Shown piece after piece: positions 11,144 to 21,600 of a stretch of 64,000 nt of DNA; within the stretch, counting starts at the first letter, position 1; every line of letters starts with the position of its first letter. This stretch comes from Bacilli bacterium (lineage in GTDB: Bacteria > Bacillota_I > Bacilli_A > ML615J-28 > CAG-698), in the NCBI GenBank assembly GCA_050953065.1, contig JBMNLZ010000003.1:96001-160000 (forward strand), given 5' to 3'. Below the pieces are notes generated by a model that was not told where the DNA came from, did no database searches, and was given only the letters and a program-made list of their open reading frames with translations. The position numbers were made by a program, and so were the translations under genes.

Positions 11144-14100
11144 TTAAGCAACACTCATAGGCAAAAATAACCAATAACTATATCTAGCAACTATTCCAGT
11201 ATAATCACTTGAAAAACCAGAGTAGTTTCCATACCCTCTCAAAAACGCCCAAGACTCTCTATTAGCAGATGCTCCAGGATCCGCTGTACTACCATTCATA
11301 ATATTTAATAAACTCGTTACTGATTGATTATTTTTAACTTTAACAGCCATCCAATAATTTAATATCCAGCGCCATTTAGGACCATATGTTGAATGATTTA
11401 AAAATTTTGATAAATACGCATTAGCATTTCCAAGACGTCCAATATAAGCAGTTGAAGCATTGTAAGGTGGAGTTCCATCTGGAACATGCGAAAGCAAGGT
11501 TAACTCTGCCAAAGAAGCACCGTTAACAGCATTATAAAACAGCCTATAATCATTAACAAAATAATAAACTATACCATAAGTAGTATCATATGTATACCCA
11601 TCTCCATCAACACCTGCTCCATATCTTCTTTTAAGATTAGATACTGGATAAAGTGTAACAGTTGCACCATTAACAGTAGTGATATTGGCAGTAGATTCTT
11701 GAGAAAAATCATTTCCTGTTAGTGTTGGATCAAAATTCCAATATGAGAACAAAGCATAATTGTTACTAGTATCAGGATAATCAACTCTCATTAGGGCTTG
11801 CCCATCATCATATGTCCTATTAAACGTAAATTCTCTATATATATAATAATCTTTTGAAGCATATCCTGTACCGTATGTAGAAGTAAAATCAGCACTTGTA
11901 TAACTACCATATTGATAAGTTATGCCATTTAAAAACGCATGTATATTAAGTCTATAATATGTTTGATTTGGATTAGTAGTTAAATATTGTAAATCAGGAT
12001 AATTTTGTGCAGTTGCAACTTCAATTATATACCTCAACATCCAGCCCCATTTAATATTACCTCTAGAACTATTAAACATAGTAACTATCATAGCTGAATG
12101 AGTATAAGAAGTCGTAAAGAAAGTAGATGGTGTTGTAGGAGGACTAGTTCTACTAGCATAAGTGTTAAAATCATCACAAAAATCTTGAGCCAACAAAGTC
12201 TTATTATAATATACATATCCCGCAGAATTCATTCTTAATTTTAAAGTATAAGTAATTGGAGTCCACTTAGCATAGAAATCTTTATTACCATAATCTAGTG
12301 TTCCTATTGCTGTATAAGGGCTTCCACTAAAGCTTGAGTTATCATACCAACCATCAAAAATATAACCAGTTCTTGTAATATTACTTGATGTAGGTAAAGT
12401 TAATCCTGTAAAGCAAGTATATTCTGTATAAGATCCAGATAACGTACCACCATTTAAAGTAAGAGTAACAGTATATGTTTTTGGTTTCCATTTAGCATAG
12501 AACGTTTTATCTCCAGTTGTACCAGCAGAAATAGCAGATACTTTAGCACCAGAATGATCAGGTGCATTATACCATCCTTCTAATTCTAGATAATTTGGAT
12601 GATTACTAATTGCTTGATTTACATTTGGTAAAGAGAATGTATCTTCAATTGTGTATGTAGTACGAGTGTAGCCACTTAAAGAACCATTAAGTGATTGATA
12701 TCCAGTTGGATATGAATTATTAGTATAATCAAAATCCCAAGTCAAATTATAATTAATCGGTATCCAATAAGCATATAAAGTTGCAGGTCCAAAAATATTC
12801 CAATTTGTAGCACTGCTTAAATTAGCATTATAATATTTTGTTCCAGCACCACCAGTTTGAGAGTAATATCCAGCAAATGTGTAACCTGTTTTTGTTGGTG
12901 GAGTTGAAGGATTAGGAAGTGGCATCGCCTGACCATATGTTGCTACAACTGAATCAGCACCACCAGTTCCGCCTTGCTTATTAAATGTGATATTTGAATT
13001 CATAGAAAAACTACCACTATAAGTAGAAACATCCCCCCACAATGCATCATATACATCAGCTGGAATTACACCTGCTGGTATAGAACCCACCGCAACTGTA
13101 GTTGATGTAGCAACATCATACCAACCACCAAAAAGATATCCATCTCTAAACGGCTCTTTTAAATACGCAATAGTTCCATCACGATAAGATGTAACTTGAT
13201 AAGGTGTTGTAGAACTATATTTTGTTGAGCCACTTACATAATATCTTGTAGTTGGAGTTGGAATTGTTGAACGCAAATCAGTCCACAAAGTATTATTAGT
13301 TGTACCTGTAAGTCCTTGTGTACCATAGAAATATCCGTCCAAAATGAAACCAAATCCCGCAATTCCATATCCATTTGTTGAATCATGAGATGTAATAGGT
13401 GGGTATATTGGAACAGATGGTGTCGCAGTTTTTAGTTGATATAATTCATAAACTAAATCATATACATTAGAATATTTACTCTTATAAGGTTCAGTTCCAA
13501 AGAATCCTCCAACTGGTTTATAAATATTAAGGTTATTATCAAATGTAAGCGAATTCCAGAAAAATTGTGAATATCCATCATTAGAAAAATATGATACATA
13601 ACCTATATTACCATATCTATCAGATGTCCAGTTATACCACGCTCTTGGGTCATTAGCATCGGCACTAAAAGTTGCCCAAGTTGTTTTTCTAAACTCTGCT
13701 CTTACTAAACTAGAATTTAGCAAAGTTTCATCATATAAATATTTATAAAAGTCTTGCATAAATATTTCTGGTAATGTAGAGGCACTATCAATTCCATTGG
13801 CTGGAGTAACAGTACCAGTTGACCAACTCCATGCACCACCATTTAAACTATAATTAATATTAAAATCCCATATCGCATAAAGTGTTAAATCTCCAGCAAC
13901 TTGATATACAGTTGTAGATGTATAAGTTGTACCACTTCCGTTTGCAGCAGTATTCCATTCAACAAGAGTTGAATTTCTTCTTGTAATTGAAGAACCTGAT
14001 AAAGCTGGTGGTAAAGGACCTACTGCACTATCATATGTTACTATTTTACTTGTAGGAGAAACTAACGCCTCAGATCCATTAGCATTAAAATACAAAGTAT

Positions 14101-17100
14101 ATGTATTTGCAACAAACTGGCCAAAATAATTCATATCTCTATCCATAGAAAACGACCCAGCATATGAAACTGGTGAACCTAGCATTGCAGCATTATCATA
14201 CCAACCACTAAAAGTATAACCTGTTTTAGTAATATTAATAGTTACAGAGTCTTGATGTAAATAAATTCCTGATCTTACTAAAGTTCCATCAATTGTCCAA
14301 CGAGCAACATAAATATCTTGGACCCAAACAGCGTAAAGTGTATAAACTCCACCTACTCCTGCATTAAAAATTTCTAGCAATTCTTCATTAGTAATAACTT
14401 GTTTATCAAAGAATTTAATATATTGAGCACTTGAATTAAGTGACCAACCTCTAAATGTATGACCTGCTTTTGTAAAAGCATTAGTCGGTAAAGCAACTGT
14501 TGATAAATATGTTTGGTTTTGATTAGGCATTGAACCTGCTCCACCACTACTATTAAATGTAATTGAATATGTTGCCACACCCCATTGAGCATAAAGCACG
14601 ATACTTGCTCCGTGAGTTAAAGAAATTGGATTGACTGAATTTACTAATGCTTGATTACTATAATTTGTTCCAGTACCATCAGCCTTTGTATTCCATCTTA
14701 AGAATGAATACCCAGCCTTTACAAAAGTATTAGCATATAAATTACTTGGAACATTATATACAAAATTTTGATAAGCTGGATTCATTATTCCAGATCCGCC
14801 ATTAGCATCAAAAACTACAGTATATTCTATTGGTATCCAGACAGCTTTTAATAAAGCATCGTGCGGTAAATATGCTTGATAAGTATAAGGTACTCCACAT
14901 TCAAATGTTTCATTAGCTGAGATTTCATATTCCCAACCAACTAGTCTATATCCTGTTTTCTTAATTGTTGCATCAACCATTCTAACAGTTGATAATTCAC
15001 CAAAATAGACATCATCTGTTGCATCAGCTGTTACTCCTTCAATAGAGTAACTTATTGTATCTTTAAACCATGCAACTAAAACCGTACTTTCAGTAATTGC
15101 AGTTGAGAAATTAAATGCTGCATTAGCTTTTGTCACTGAAGGTCCAACATATAAGTATCCATTATGTGAAGGAATTAAGTTTCCTCCACTATATTTATTC
15201 CACCCTGCAAATGTCCAACCTGACATTGTTGGAGCAGTTGGAGCAGTAACTGTTGCACCTTGATTTACAACTGCAACACTATATACCTTTAGTACTAAGT
15301 CACTTGTTACATTATTAGTTATATCTCCATCAGCCCAATACATAAAGATTACTTGACGTTTATTTGTTGTCCAAGATCCATTTGAAGCCGTATATACAAT
15401 GTCTAAAACTCTTTCCCCACCTATTACAAACTCACTAATTGGGTTACCTACTACACTCCAAGGTCTAACCCCTGCCTCAATTGGTACTAAGTTATCAATA
15501 GTTAAAATAGAGCCATTTGTTCCTGCTAAAAGATAAGCACTAGAACCTTTTAGGCTACCGTTTGAAATAGTAAAATTAGCATTTATTGTTAAATAATAAA
15601 TTCCTAAATCTAAGGTAATATTTTGGTTAATTGTTCTAGCAGAGTCTAGGCTTGTATTCATTAAAAGAGTTATAGTAGAACCTACATCAAGAAGCGAAGC
15701 ATCAATTGCAGCTTCTATACTATTATAATAAGTTTCTGATTTATCAGTAAAAGTCACCTTAGCAACACCTGGTACCCATTTAGCATAAATGGTAGCAGTT
15801 GTACTGCCTGAAGGTATTAAAGATACTAGCGTTGCATAATCAATAGTAGGTCCACTAATAAGTTGAGTATATGCAGCATCTTTATACCAACCACCAAAAA
15901 TGTATCCATAAGTTGCACCACCAACAATATGAGAACCTCTTCTTTGAGGAGTTGGAAGTGTATATACAAAACTAGTTCCACCTTGTGCAAAAGGTACACT
16001 TGAAAGTCTATAAGGATATGATGGGAAGAATATATAATCATATCCATTACCAAAATTTGTATAATCAGATGTTGTAACACCACTCACATCATATTTTTTA
16101 TCCGATAAAAAAGCCCAAATTTCATACTTTAATAATAATCTCGCTCCTGCAGTTTCTTCTTCATTGTCTAAAAGTCCAAAGAACGCAGTAGTTGGAAGCC
16201 CTTTAGCTTCCCTAATTAAAATCATATATTCTATCATCCATAACCAACGTGCTCTTACAATATCATCATTAAAAAACGCAGTTGGCGTACAACCTACCTC
16301 ATCCATCAAAGCAACTAGTGCAGTATCAGCATTGTATCCTGCATCTCCTGGAACAAGCAAATTAACACCAGTTAAACTTGTACCATTAACAGTGTTATAA
16401 AAGTATGTATAGTCATCTAAAAAGTCATCAACCATATCACTTTTAGTATCATAATCATCTATAACACCAGAATCAAGTTCAAGTTGTAATAAATAGTCAA
16501 CTGTTAACATTCTTTCAGTTAACACAACATCTTTTGTTACTGCTTGGTTTCTAACAAACTCAAGCCCGTTTTCATACCAACCATCAAAATAAATATATTC
16601 ATCACTAACAGGCTCAAAGTCATAAACTCCACCAGTACCATTATCTTCAAAGAAACTTGCAATAGTACCATATTTTAAAACTTGTAAAACTTTTCCGCCA
16701 GTTGTATCAAACTTAACCCAATAATAAGGTTTTGAAATAGAATCATTTGTAAAAGTAGTTGAACCTGTAATTGAGAATTTATTAAGTGTATTTACTTCAG
16801 TAATTTCATTATTAAATACTCGTATATAACTTGTAATAGTACTGACACTACTAATCAATACATCCATATTCATTGATATTTCTAGATAAGTATTATCAGT
16901 GTTTGCTAGAGCTGGTACTTTTATTTGATTAGTTGAAGCAGTACTCACTCCATCAAAATAAATGTCAACCATATATTTTGAAGGACTTGCTGCTACTGCT
17001 ACATTACTTAGATCAATATAACCAACTGTTCCTAAGTTTACAAGTTGAACAGTATTAACTTCACTTGAAGCATCAGCAGCTTCAGCTGTAACAGTACCTA

Positions 17101-18631
17101 TCAAACTATTATCAGAAATAAAGATTCTTGATTTGTTTCCTGCTTCTTGTTTAGTAACAAGCAAGTTAGCAGTATTTGTCTTTAAATCATAAAAACTCAA
17201 GCCATTACTTGAATTTAATCTTTGCTCATCAGCCTCATCATATGAGACATTTACATTTATTAGTCCTGTTACTTTTAATTGATCAACACTAGTATCTCCA
17301 AATATTGCTACACTTAAGTTCGGTGAATTTAAATTTAAATTATTAGAAACAACAGTCTTACCGCCGCCTCCCATATCAATATAGATTCTACCAGTAGCAT
17401 TAGTATTTATATTTAGATTAACAACACTCAAGTCACTTCCACTTGGAATATTTAAAAATACACTATTACTAGCAATTGGTGCTTGATAATTAAGATTTCC
17501 TGCTACTGTCAAATCATAACCATTTAAATCTAAAGTTATACCTTTATATATTGTAAGGTTTTGACTAGTTGAAATATTAGCCTTTAATCTAACAGTATGT
17601 TTATTAGCAGCACCCGTTTCTTCATTTAAAGCAGCTAGTAACTGTGTTTCATTTTCAACAAGCCATACTGGTCCTTCAATTGGATCGATTTCGTAAACAT
17701 CACCAAAAGAAATATGTAATCTTGGTTTAAGATATAAAATATTTTCAGTAGCTTGGTTAGGCGAAGTGATTGATGAAGAAATTATAGTGTATTCAATTTT
17801 CCAAAAGAAAGTTCCACCATCCTCATATCCAGAACCACTTGTTCCTGCTAAATAACGACCAATATTAGGATGATTAGAATCCCCCAATAACAGTTTAGCT
17901 AAATCCGCTAAATCACCACTTGATACAACAGTCTCTTCTCCTAAAGAAATACCTTCCACTAAATATAAATCAAGCGGAGTTGCTAAAGCATCAAATGCAA
18001 CAACATTCCAAGATGTAGTTGCAGTTGAATATTGATAAAGCACAGCATAAGATGCTGAAGTATAAAGATAAAAATCATCATTACTTCCAGGGCTACTTGG
18101 TTTAGAAGTTGATTTTGTGACTCCTGTAAATTCAAACCAACCACTTGATGTTTTTTTGTAAAATTTATCATTTGTAGTATCTAGATAGTAGCTTCCATTC
18201 TTACCTAAATCTCCAGATGGCACTCCACTACCTTTAAAAATCTTAGCTTTTCCTGCATTATTAATCGCTTTAATCTCTGATACAGTATAAGTAAATCGAT
18301 TCAAATAAAATTCATAACTTATATCCATAGTATCAAAAGATACAAAACTATATACTTCGATACCACCTTTATTTTCTAAAGATATATATTTTGTTTGAAC
18401 TTGGTCATAACAATCTATATATTCAACTTCTCCTTCAATTACCTTACCATCCTCATCATACCATTCAATATCTACTTCATAATCATTAATCAGTTCTACT
18501 TGAGCATGATCAACTGATGCTTGAGGAAAAACATCAAACCAACTATACGCAACCGAAATAAAGGCGAATATAACTAATAAGTATAAAATCGCCAGCATTA
18601 CAGTTTGGACGCTTTTTCTTCTCATTAACAC
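11144..18631 (-). CDS. Giant secreted surface protein (2495 aa), paralogue of the 2364-aa protein, with SipW-class signal and Flg_new repeats
   Basis: GTG start after GGAAGGAGG SD; signal ends AYS|WFD; long near-identical stretches shared with 4007..11101; many Flg_new-type repeats. Confidence 0.8.
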   Translation of the reverse strand: MLMRRKSVQTVMLAILYLLVIFAFISVAYSWFDVFPQASVDHAQVELINDYEVDIEWYDEDGKVIEGEVEYIDCYDQVQTKYISLENKGGIEVYSFVSFDTMDISYEFYLNRFTYTVSEIKAINNAGKAKIFKGSGVPSGDLGKNGSYYLDTTNDKFYKKTSSGWFEFTGVTKSTSKPSSPGSNDDFYLYTSASYAVLYQYSTATTSWNVVAFDALATPLDLYLVEGISLGEETVVSSGDLADLAKLLLGDSNHPNIGRYLAGTSGSGYEDGGTFFWKIEYTIISSSITSPNQATENILYLKPRLHISFGDVYEIDPIEGPVWLVENETQLLAALNEETGAANKHTVRLKANISTSQNLTIYKGITLDLNGYDLTVAGNLNYQAPIASNSVFLNIPSGSDLSVVNLNINTNATGRIYIDMGGGGKTVVSNNLNLNSPNLSVAIFGDTSVDQLKVTGLINVNVSYDEADEQRLNSSNGLSFYDLKTNTANLLVTKQEAGNKSRIFISDNSLIGTVTAEAADASSEVNTVQLVNLGTVGYIDLSNVAVAASPSKYMVDIYFDGVSTASTNQIKVPALANTDNTYLEISMNMDVLISSVSTITSYIRVFNNEITEVNTLNKFSITGSTTFTNDSISKPYYWVKFDTTGGKVLQVLKYGTIASFFEDNGTGGVYDFEPVSDEYIYFDGWYENGLEFVRNQAVTKDVVLTERMLTVDYLLQLELDSGVIDDYDTKSDMVDDFLDDYTYFYNTVNGTSLTGVNLLVPGDAGYNADTALVALMDEVGCTPTAFFNDDIVRARWLWMIEYMILIREAKGLPTTAFFGLLDNEEETAGARLLLKYEIWAFLSDKKYDVSGVTTSDYTNFGNGYDYIFFPSYPYRLSSVPFAQGGTSFVYTLPTPQRRGSHIVGGATYGYIFGGWYKDAAYTQLISGPTIDYATLVSLIPSGSTTATIYAKWVPGVAKVTFTDKSETYYNSIEAAIDASLLDVGSTITLLMNTSLDSARTINQNITLDLGIYYLTINANFTISNGSLKGSSAYLLAGTNGSILTIDNLVPIEAGVRPWSVVGNPISEFVIGGERVLDIVYTASNGSWTTNKRQVIFMYWADGDITNNVTSDLVLKVYSVAVVNQGATVTAPTAPTMSGWTFAGWNKYSGGNLIPSHNGYLYVGPSVTKANAAFNFSTAITESTVLVAWFKDTISYSIEGVTADATDDVYFGELSTVRMVDATIKKTGYRLVGWEYEISANETFECGVPYTYQAYLPHDALLKAVWIPIEYTVVFDANGGSGIMNPAYQNFVYNVPSNLYANTFVKAGYSFLRWNTKADGTGTNYSNQALVNSVNPISLTHGASIVLYAQWGVATYSITFNSSGGAGSMPNQNQTYLSTVALPTNAFTKAGHTFRGWSLNSSAQYIKFFDKQVITNEELLEIFNAGVGGVYTLYAVWVQDIYVARWTIDGTLVRSGIYLHQDSVTINITKTGYTFSGWYDNAAMLGSPVSYAGSFSMDRDMNYFGQFVANTYTLYFNANGSEALVSPTSKIVTYDSAVGPLPPALSGSSITRRNSTLVEWNTAANGSGTTYTSTTVYQVAGDLTLYAIWDFNINYSLNGGAWSWSTGTVTPANGIDSASTLPEIFMQDFYKYLYDETLLNSSLVRAEFRKTTWATFSADANDPRAWYNWTSDRYGNIGYVSYFSNDGYSQFFWNSLTFDNNLNIYKPVGGFFGTEPYKSKYSNVYDLVYELYQLKTATPSVPIYPPITSHDSTNGYGIAGFGFILDGYFYGTQGLTGTTNNTLWTDLRSTIPTPTTRYYVSGSTKYSSTTPYQVTSYRDGTIAYLKEPFRDGYLFGGWYDVATSTTVAVGSIPAGVIPADVYDALWGDVSTYSGSFSMNSNITFNKQGGTGGADSVVATYGQAMPLPNPSTPPTKTGYTFAGYYSQTGGAGTKYYNANLSSATNWNIFGPATLYAYWIPINYNLTWDFDYTNNSYPTGYQSLNGSLSGYTRTTYTIEDTFSLPNVNQAISNHPNYLELEGWYNAPDHSGAKVSAISAGTTGDKTFYAKWKPKTYTVTLTLNGGTLSGSYTEYTCFTGLTLPTSSNITRTGYIFDGWYDNSSFSGSPYTAIGTLDYGNKDFYAKWTPITYTLKLRMNSAGYVYYNKTLLAQDFCDDFNTYASRTSPPTTPSTFFTTSYTHSAMIVTMFNSSRGNIKWGWMLRYIIEVATAQNYPDLQYLTTNPNQTYYRLNIHAFLNGITYQYGSYTSADFTSTYGTGYASKDYYIYREFTFNRTYDDGQALMRVDYPDTSNNYALFSYWNFDPTLTGNDFSQESTANITTVNGATVTLYPVSNLKRRYGAGVDGDGYTYDTTYGIVYYFVNDYRLFYNAVNGASLAELTLLSHVPDGTPPYNASTAYIGRLGNANAYLSKFLNHSTYGPKWRWILNYWMAVKVKNNQSVTSLLNIMNGSTADPGASANRESWAFLRGYGNYSGFSSDYTGIVARYSYWLFLPMSVA

Positions 18632-18681
18632 GTTATATTCGCCTCCTTCCTTTAATTTTTAGGTTTTAAAATTTTTCTCCT

Positions 18682-21600
18682 TTATCTTTCCCAAATTTTT
18701 TCACCAACACGCGATGATAATTTATATATAGGATATAAATCATCATCAGCAGTAATTGTTTCAGGGAAATTACCATTAACATATCCATCACAAACTGAAC
18801 AAAGTTTACCAGGGTCAGATGCATGTCTTGGAACATTTGAGAAAGAATACCCAGAAACTGGAGCAACTGTACTCCACCCAATAAATGAATATAGTGTATT
18901 TCCACCAGCACTAGTTTTAATTGGCGTTGCATTATTTACAGTGCTACTATAACCAGTAATTAAATCATACATAAACGCTGCAGAATTTGTATGATATCCT
19001 AGGGTTTTTACTCCAGGTCCTCCTCTTTGAGTATAGTCTCCTGTAGGATAAACACTAGAGAAAACTTGATTAATCGTCCAACCAGTAGTTTCATTACCAG
19101 TAAATGTATACTCAACATTTGTATTTGGAATAGTTCTTCTAATATCTCTAATCAATTTAGTTCTATTATAAACATTAGTTGTTTGTTCTCCATTTATATT
19201 ATCCAGTGTTTGAAGTCCAAAGAAGTAAGCCTCTATGTTCCAAGCAAAAATTCTTCTAATCCGTTTGTTTACAAGAGGGTCTGTTCCATTATTTGTAGCA
19301 TTTACCCACTTACCTAGGCCGTAAGTTCCGTTACGATACTTTGCCCAATAAAGGGCTACCATCAAATCAACTAAACCTTTATATTTAGTTTTATATGGTT
19401 CAGTTCCTAAAAATCCACCAGATATAGTATATTCCATTGTATTAACATTCGTAGAAACAATATTTTGGAATAAAAAGTTTCCATAACCATCAGTTGCAGA
19501 TGTAGTTGATGTAGCAGCCCATTGAGTATGATATACTTCGCTATCTAGTACTGACCATGGAATTATGGTACCATTAGATTCTCTTCTTGAGAAAATAGCA
19601 CCAAATGCTGTTTGAATATCTTTATCACTTATATAAGCACCACTTTCCCTATAAAGCAATCCTTTACGACCATCAGCAGGATTACCATGAATATGACCAG
19701 TTAGTAATTTTTGAATCCTAAAATCATAATAATCTCTACCTGAAACTTGTGTTTTATAAAGGTCAAATTCAGGATATCTTTGATTATCAAGATAATGATA
19801 AAAGTCTGCTGCAAAAATTTCAGGTAAATCTGTAGCTGAGTCAATACTGTATCCAGGTTTCCCTTGATAAACTCCAATCGCAGCTGTTCCTACTTCCCAT
19901 TGCCACTTTCCACCAAATTCAGGATCACTAATTCTATAGGTAACCTCAGGATACCTAACAAGAGCTGTCCAAGTTCCTTGAACTGAAGATTGTCCATTTA
20001 TTGAAATTGCTGCACTAGTTTGTGGGTCTATTAAATTATATGTTACAGTAACTATACCAATTCCTTCTGTAGTATCACTTACAAGAGAAAGACGCTTTGT
20101 TGTAGCATTGAAATCTGAATTTGACTTCCATGCATTTCCACCTAAAGTTGCACTAAAGACTGTATTTTGAATATTAAGTGGAGCGTCAGCAGCTGCAATC
20201 GTAAAATCAACAGTGTTTTTTAAAACCATTGTTTCAGTTTTTGTTGTTCCGTTTGAAGTTCCGTTTAAACTAATTGCAGCCATTGCATTAACTTTGAAAT
20301 ATAAGTCCATATCTCTTGTCAAATACGACAATCTTTCAGGTGGTACTCTATTACCTAAATTATCTTGCCATTCACTAAAGATAGTAGCAAGTGGTACCCA
20401 ACAAGTAGCTCCACCTGTTTCATAAACTGCTAAATTACTTGTAATTGAAGCACTATAATATGTTGAAAAAGTAGCTTCAGGTAAATCTGTAGGAGATTGA
20501 ACTAACCATGGTTTATATAAATTAATAGTAAAATATTCGCACCATGAAATATCAACATTTGCTGAAGGATCTATATCCTTAGCAATATATTTAGTTGTTT
20601 CAGTTCTATAGAATGATTGTTTTTCAATACCATTAATATAAGAACCAATCTTAGATGCATCAGCTGCAGCATAAATTTCAATAGTTGTATTTTCATAACT
20701 TGTTGTAAAACAATCATCGTTTCCTAAAACATAACCTTGTTTAACAATTAAATCTACTCCAGATCCTAGTGCTAATTGATATGCTCCTAAATCAAAAGTA
20801 ATATTTTTATCGATTGTAAAATCTGCTAATAAGTGATAGTCATTTAATAACTCTATTCTATCTCCTGCTTGTGCAGCGTTGTAAGGTTCAGCAAATGTAT
20901 TATAACTACCAATAATTTCATCATTTCTAATAAGCCTAATTACATAAGGATCCCAATAAGAATAAAGTGATAAAGCATAAGTACCAGTTCTAGAATCCCA
21001 ACTACCATGTGATAAAATATCAGATGTAGATACAAAATAACCTTGTTTTGTATTATCATATGGTATGAAATTTGAAGGATTATAAGCTAAATTACTAGCA
21101 AATGCCCAACCTTCAAATCTATAGTTTTCTTTAGAAGGTTCTGCAAAAGAAATTCCGTCAAATCCAGCATAAACATCCCCTGCATCAAAATAAATCTGAT
21201 TATTACTAGAAAAGTTTGGAGCACTAAAGCTAAATCCCGCTTTATCCTTATCAGCTAATTCATAATTAATAGTAAAAGCGATTATTTCATATAAATAAAT
21301 ATCAGATGATATTACAAACGTATTTAAATCAACTAATCCATCAAGTGGAGTTGAGATATAAGATGAAGATGCACTATCCCAAGTTCTCGAATACCATGTA
21401 GCACCTTCTTTTGGAATATAAGTTGGGTTGATTCGTTCAGCATAGTTTACAACAGCAGTTGAAGTTTGTTCTACACCAAATTCATCCCAATAAATAAAGT
21501 GAACTGTACTATAAATTTGTAAGACATGTTGTGTTTGAAATGATGTATCTGCTATTGATTCATTATCAACTAATATTTTTCTAGCGTAGAATTCAACACC

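Noticed and set aside
4007-18631. Diversity-generating retroelement or shufflon behind the duplicated segments
   Set aside because: No reverse transcriptase or recombinase in the window; differences are not obviously adenine-specific, and the repeats are direct and within full-length paralogues.
5302-18932. Short alternative-frame or antisense ORFs inside the giant genes (5302-5556, 5321-5518, 8248-8430, 14374-14592, 15826-16083, 16164-16400, 17983-18171, 18666-18932)
   Set aside because: Fully or almost fully nested in long intact ORFs, with L/Q/M-rich shadow-frame composition and no recognisable motifs; no frameshift is needed to explain the main genes.
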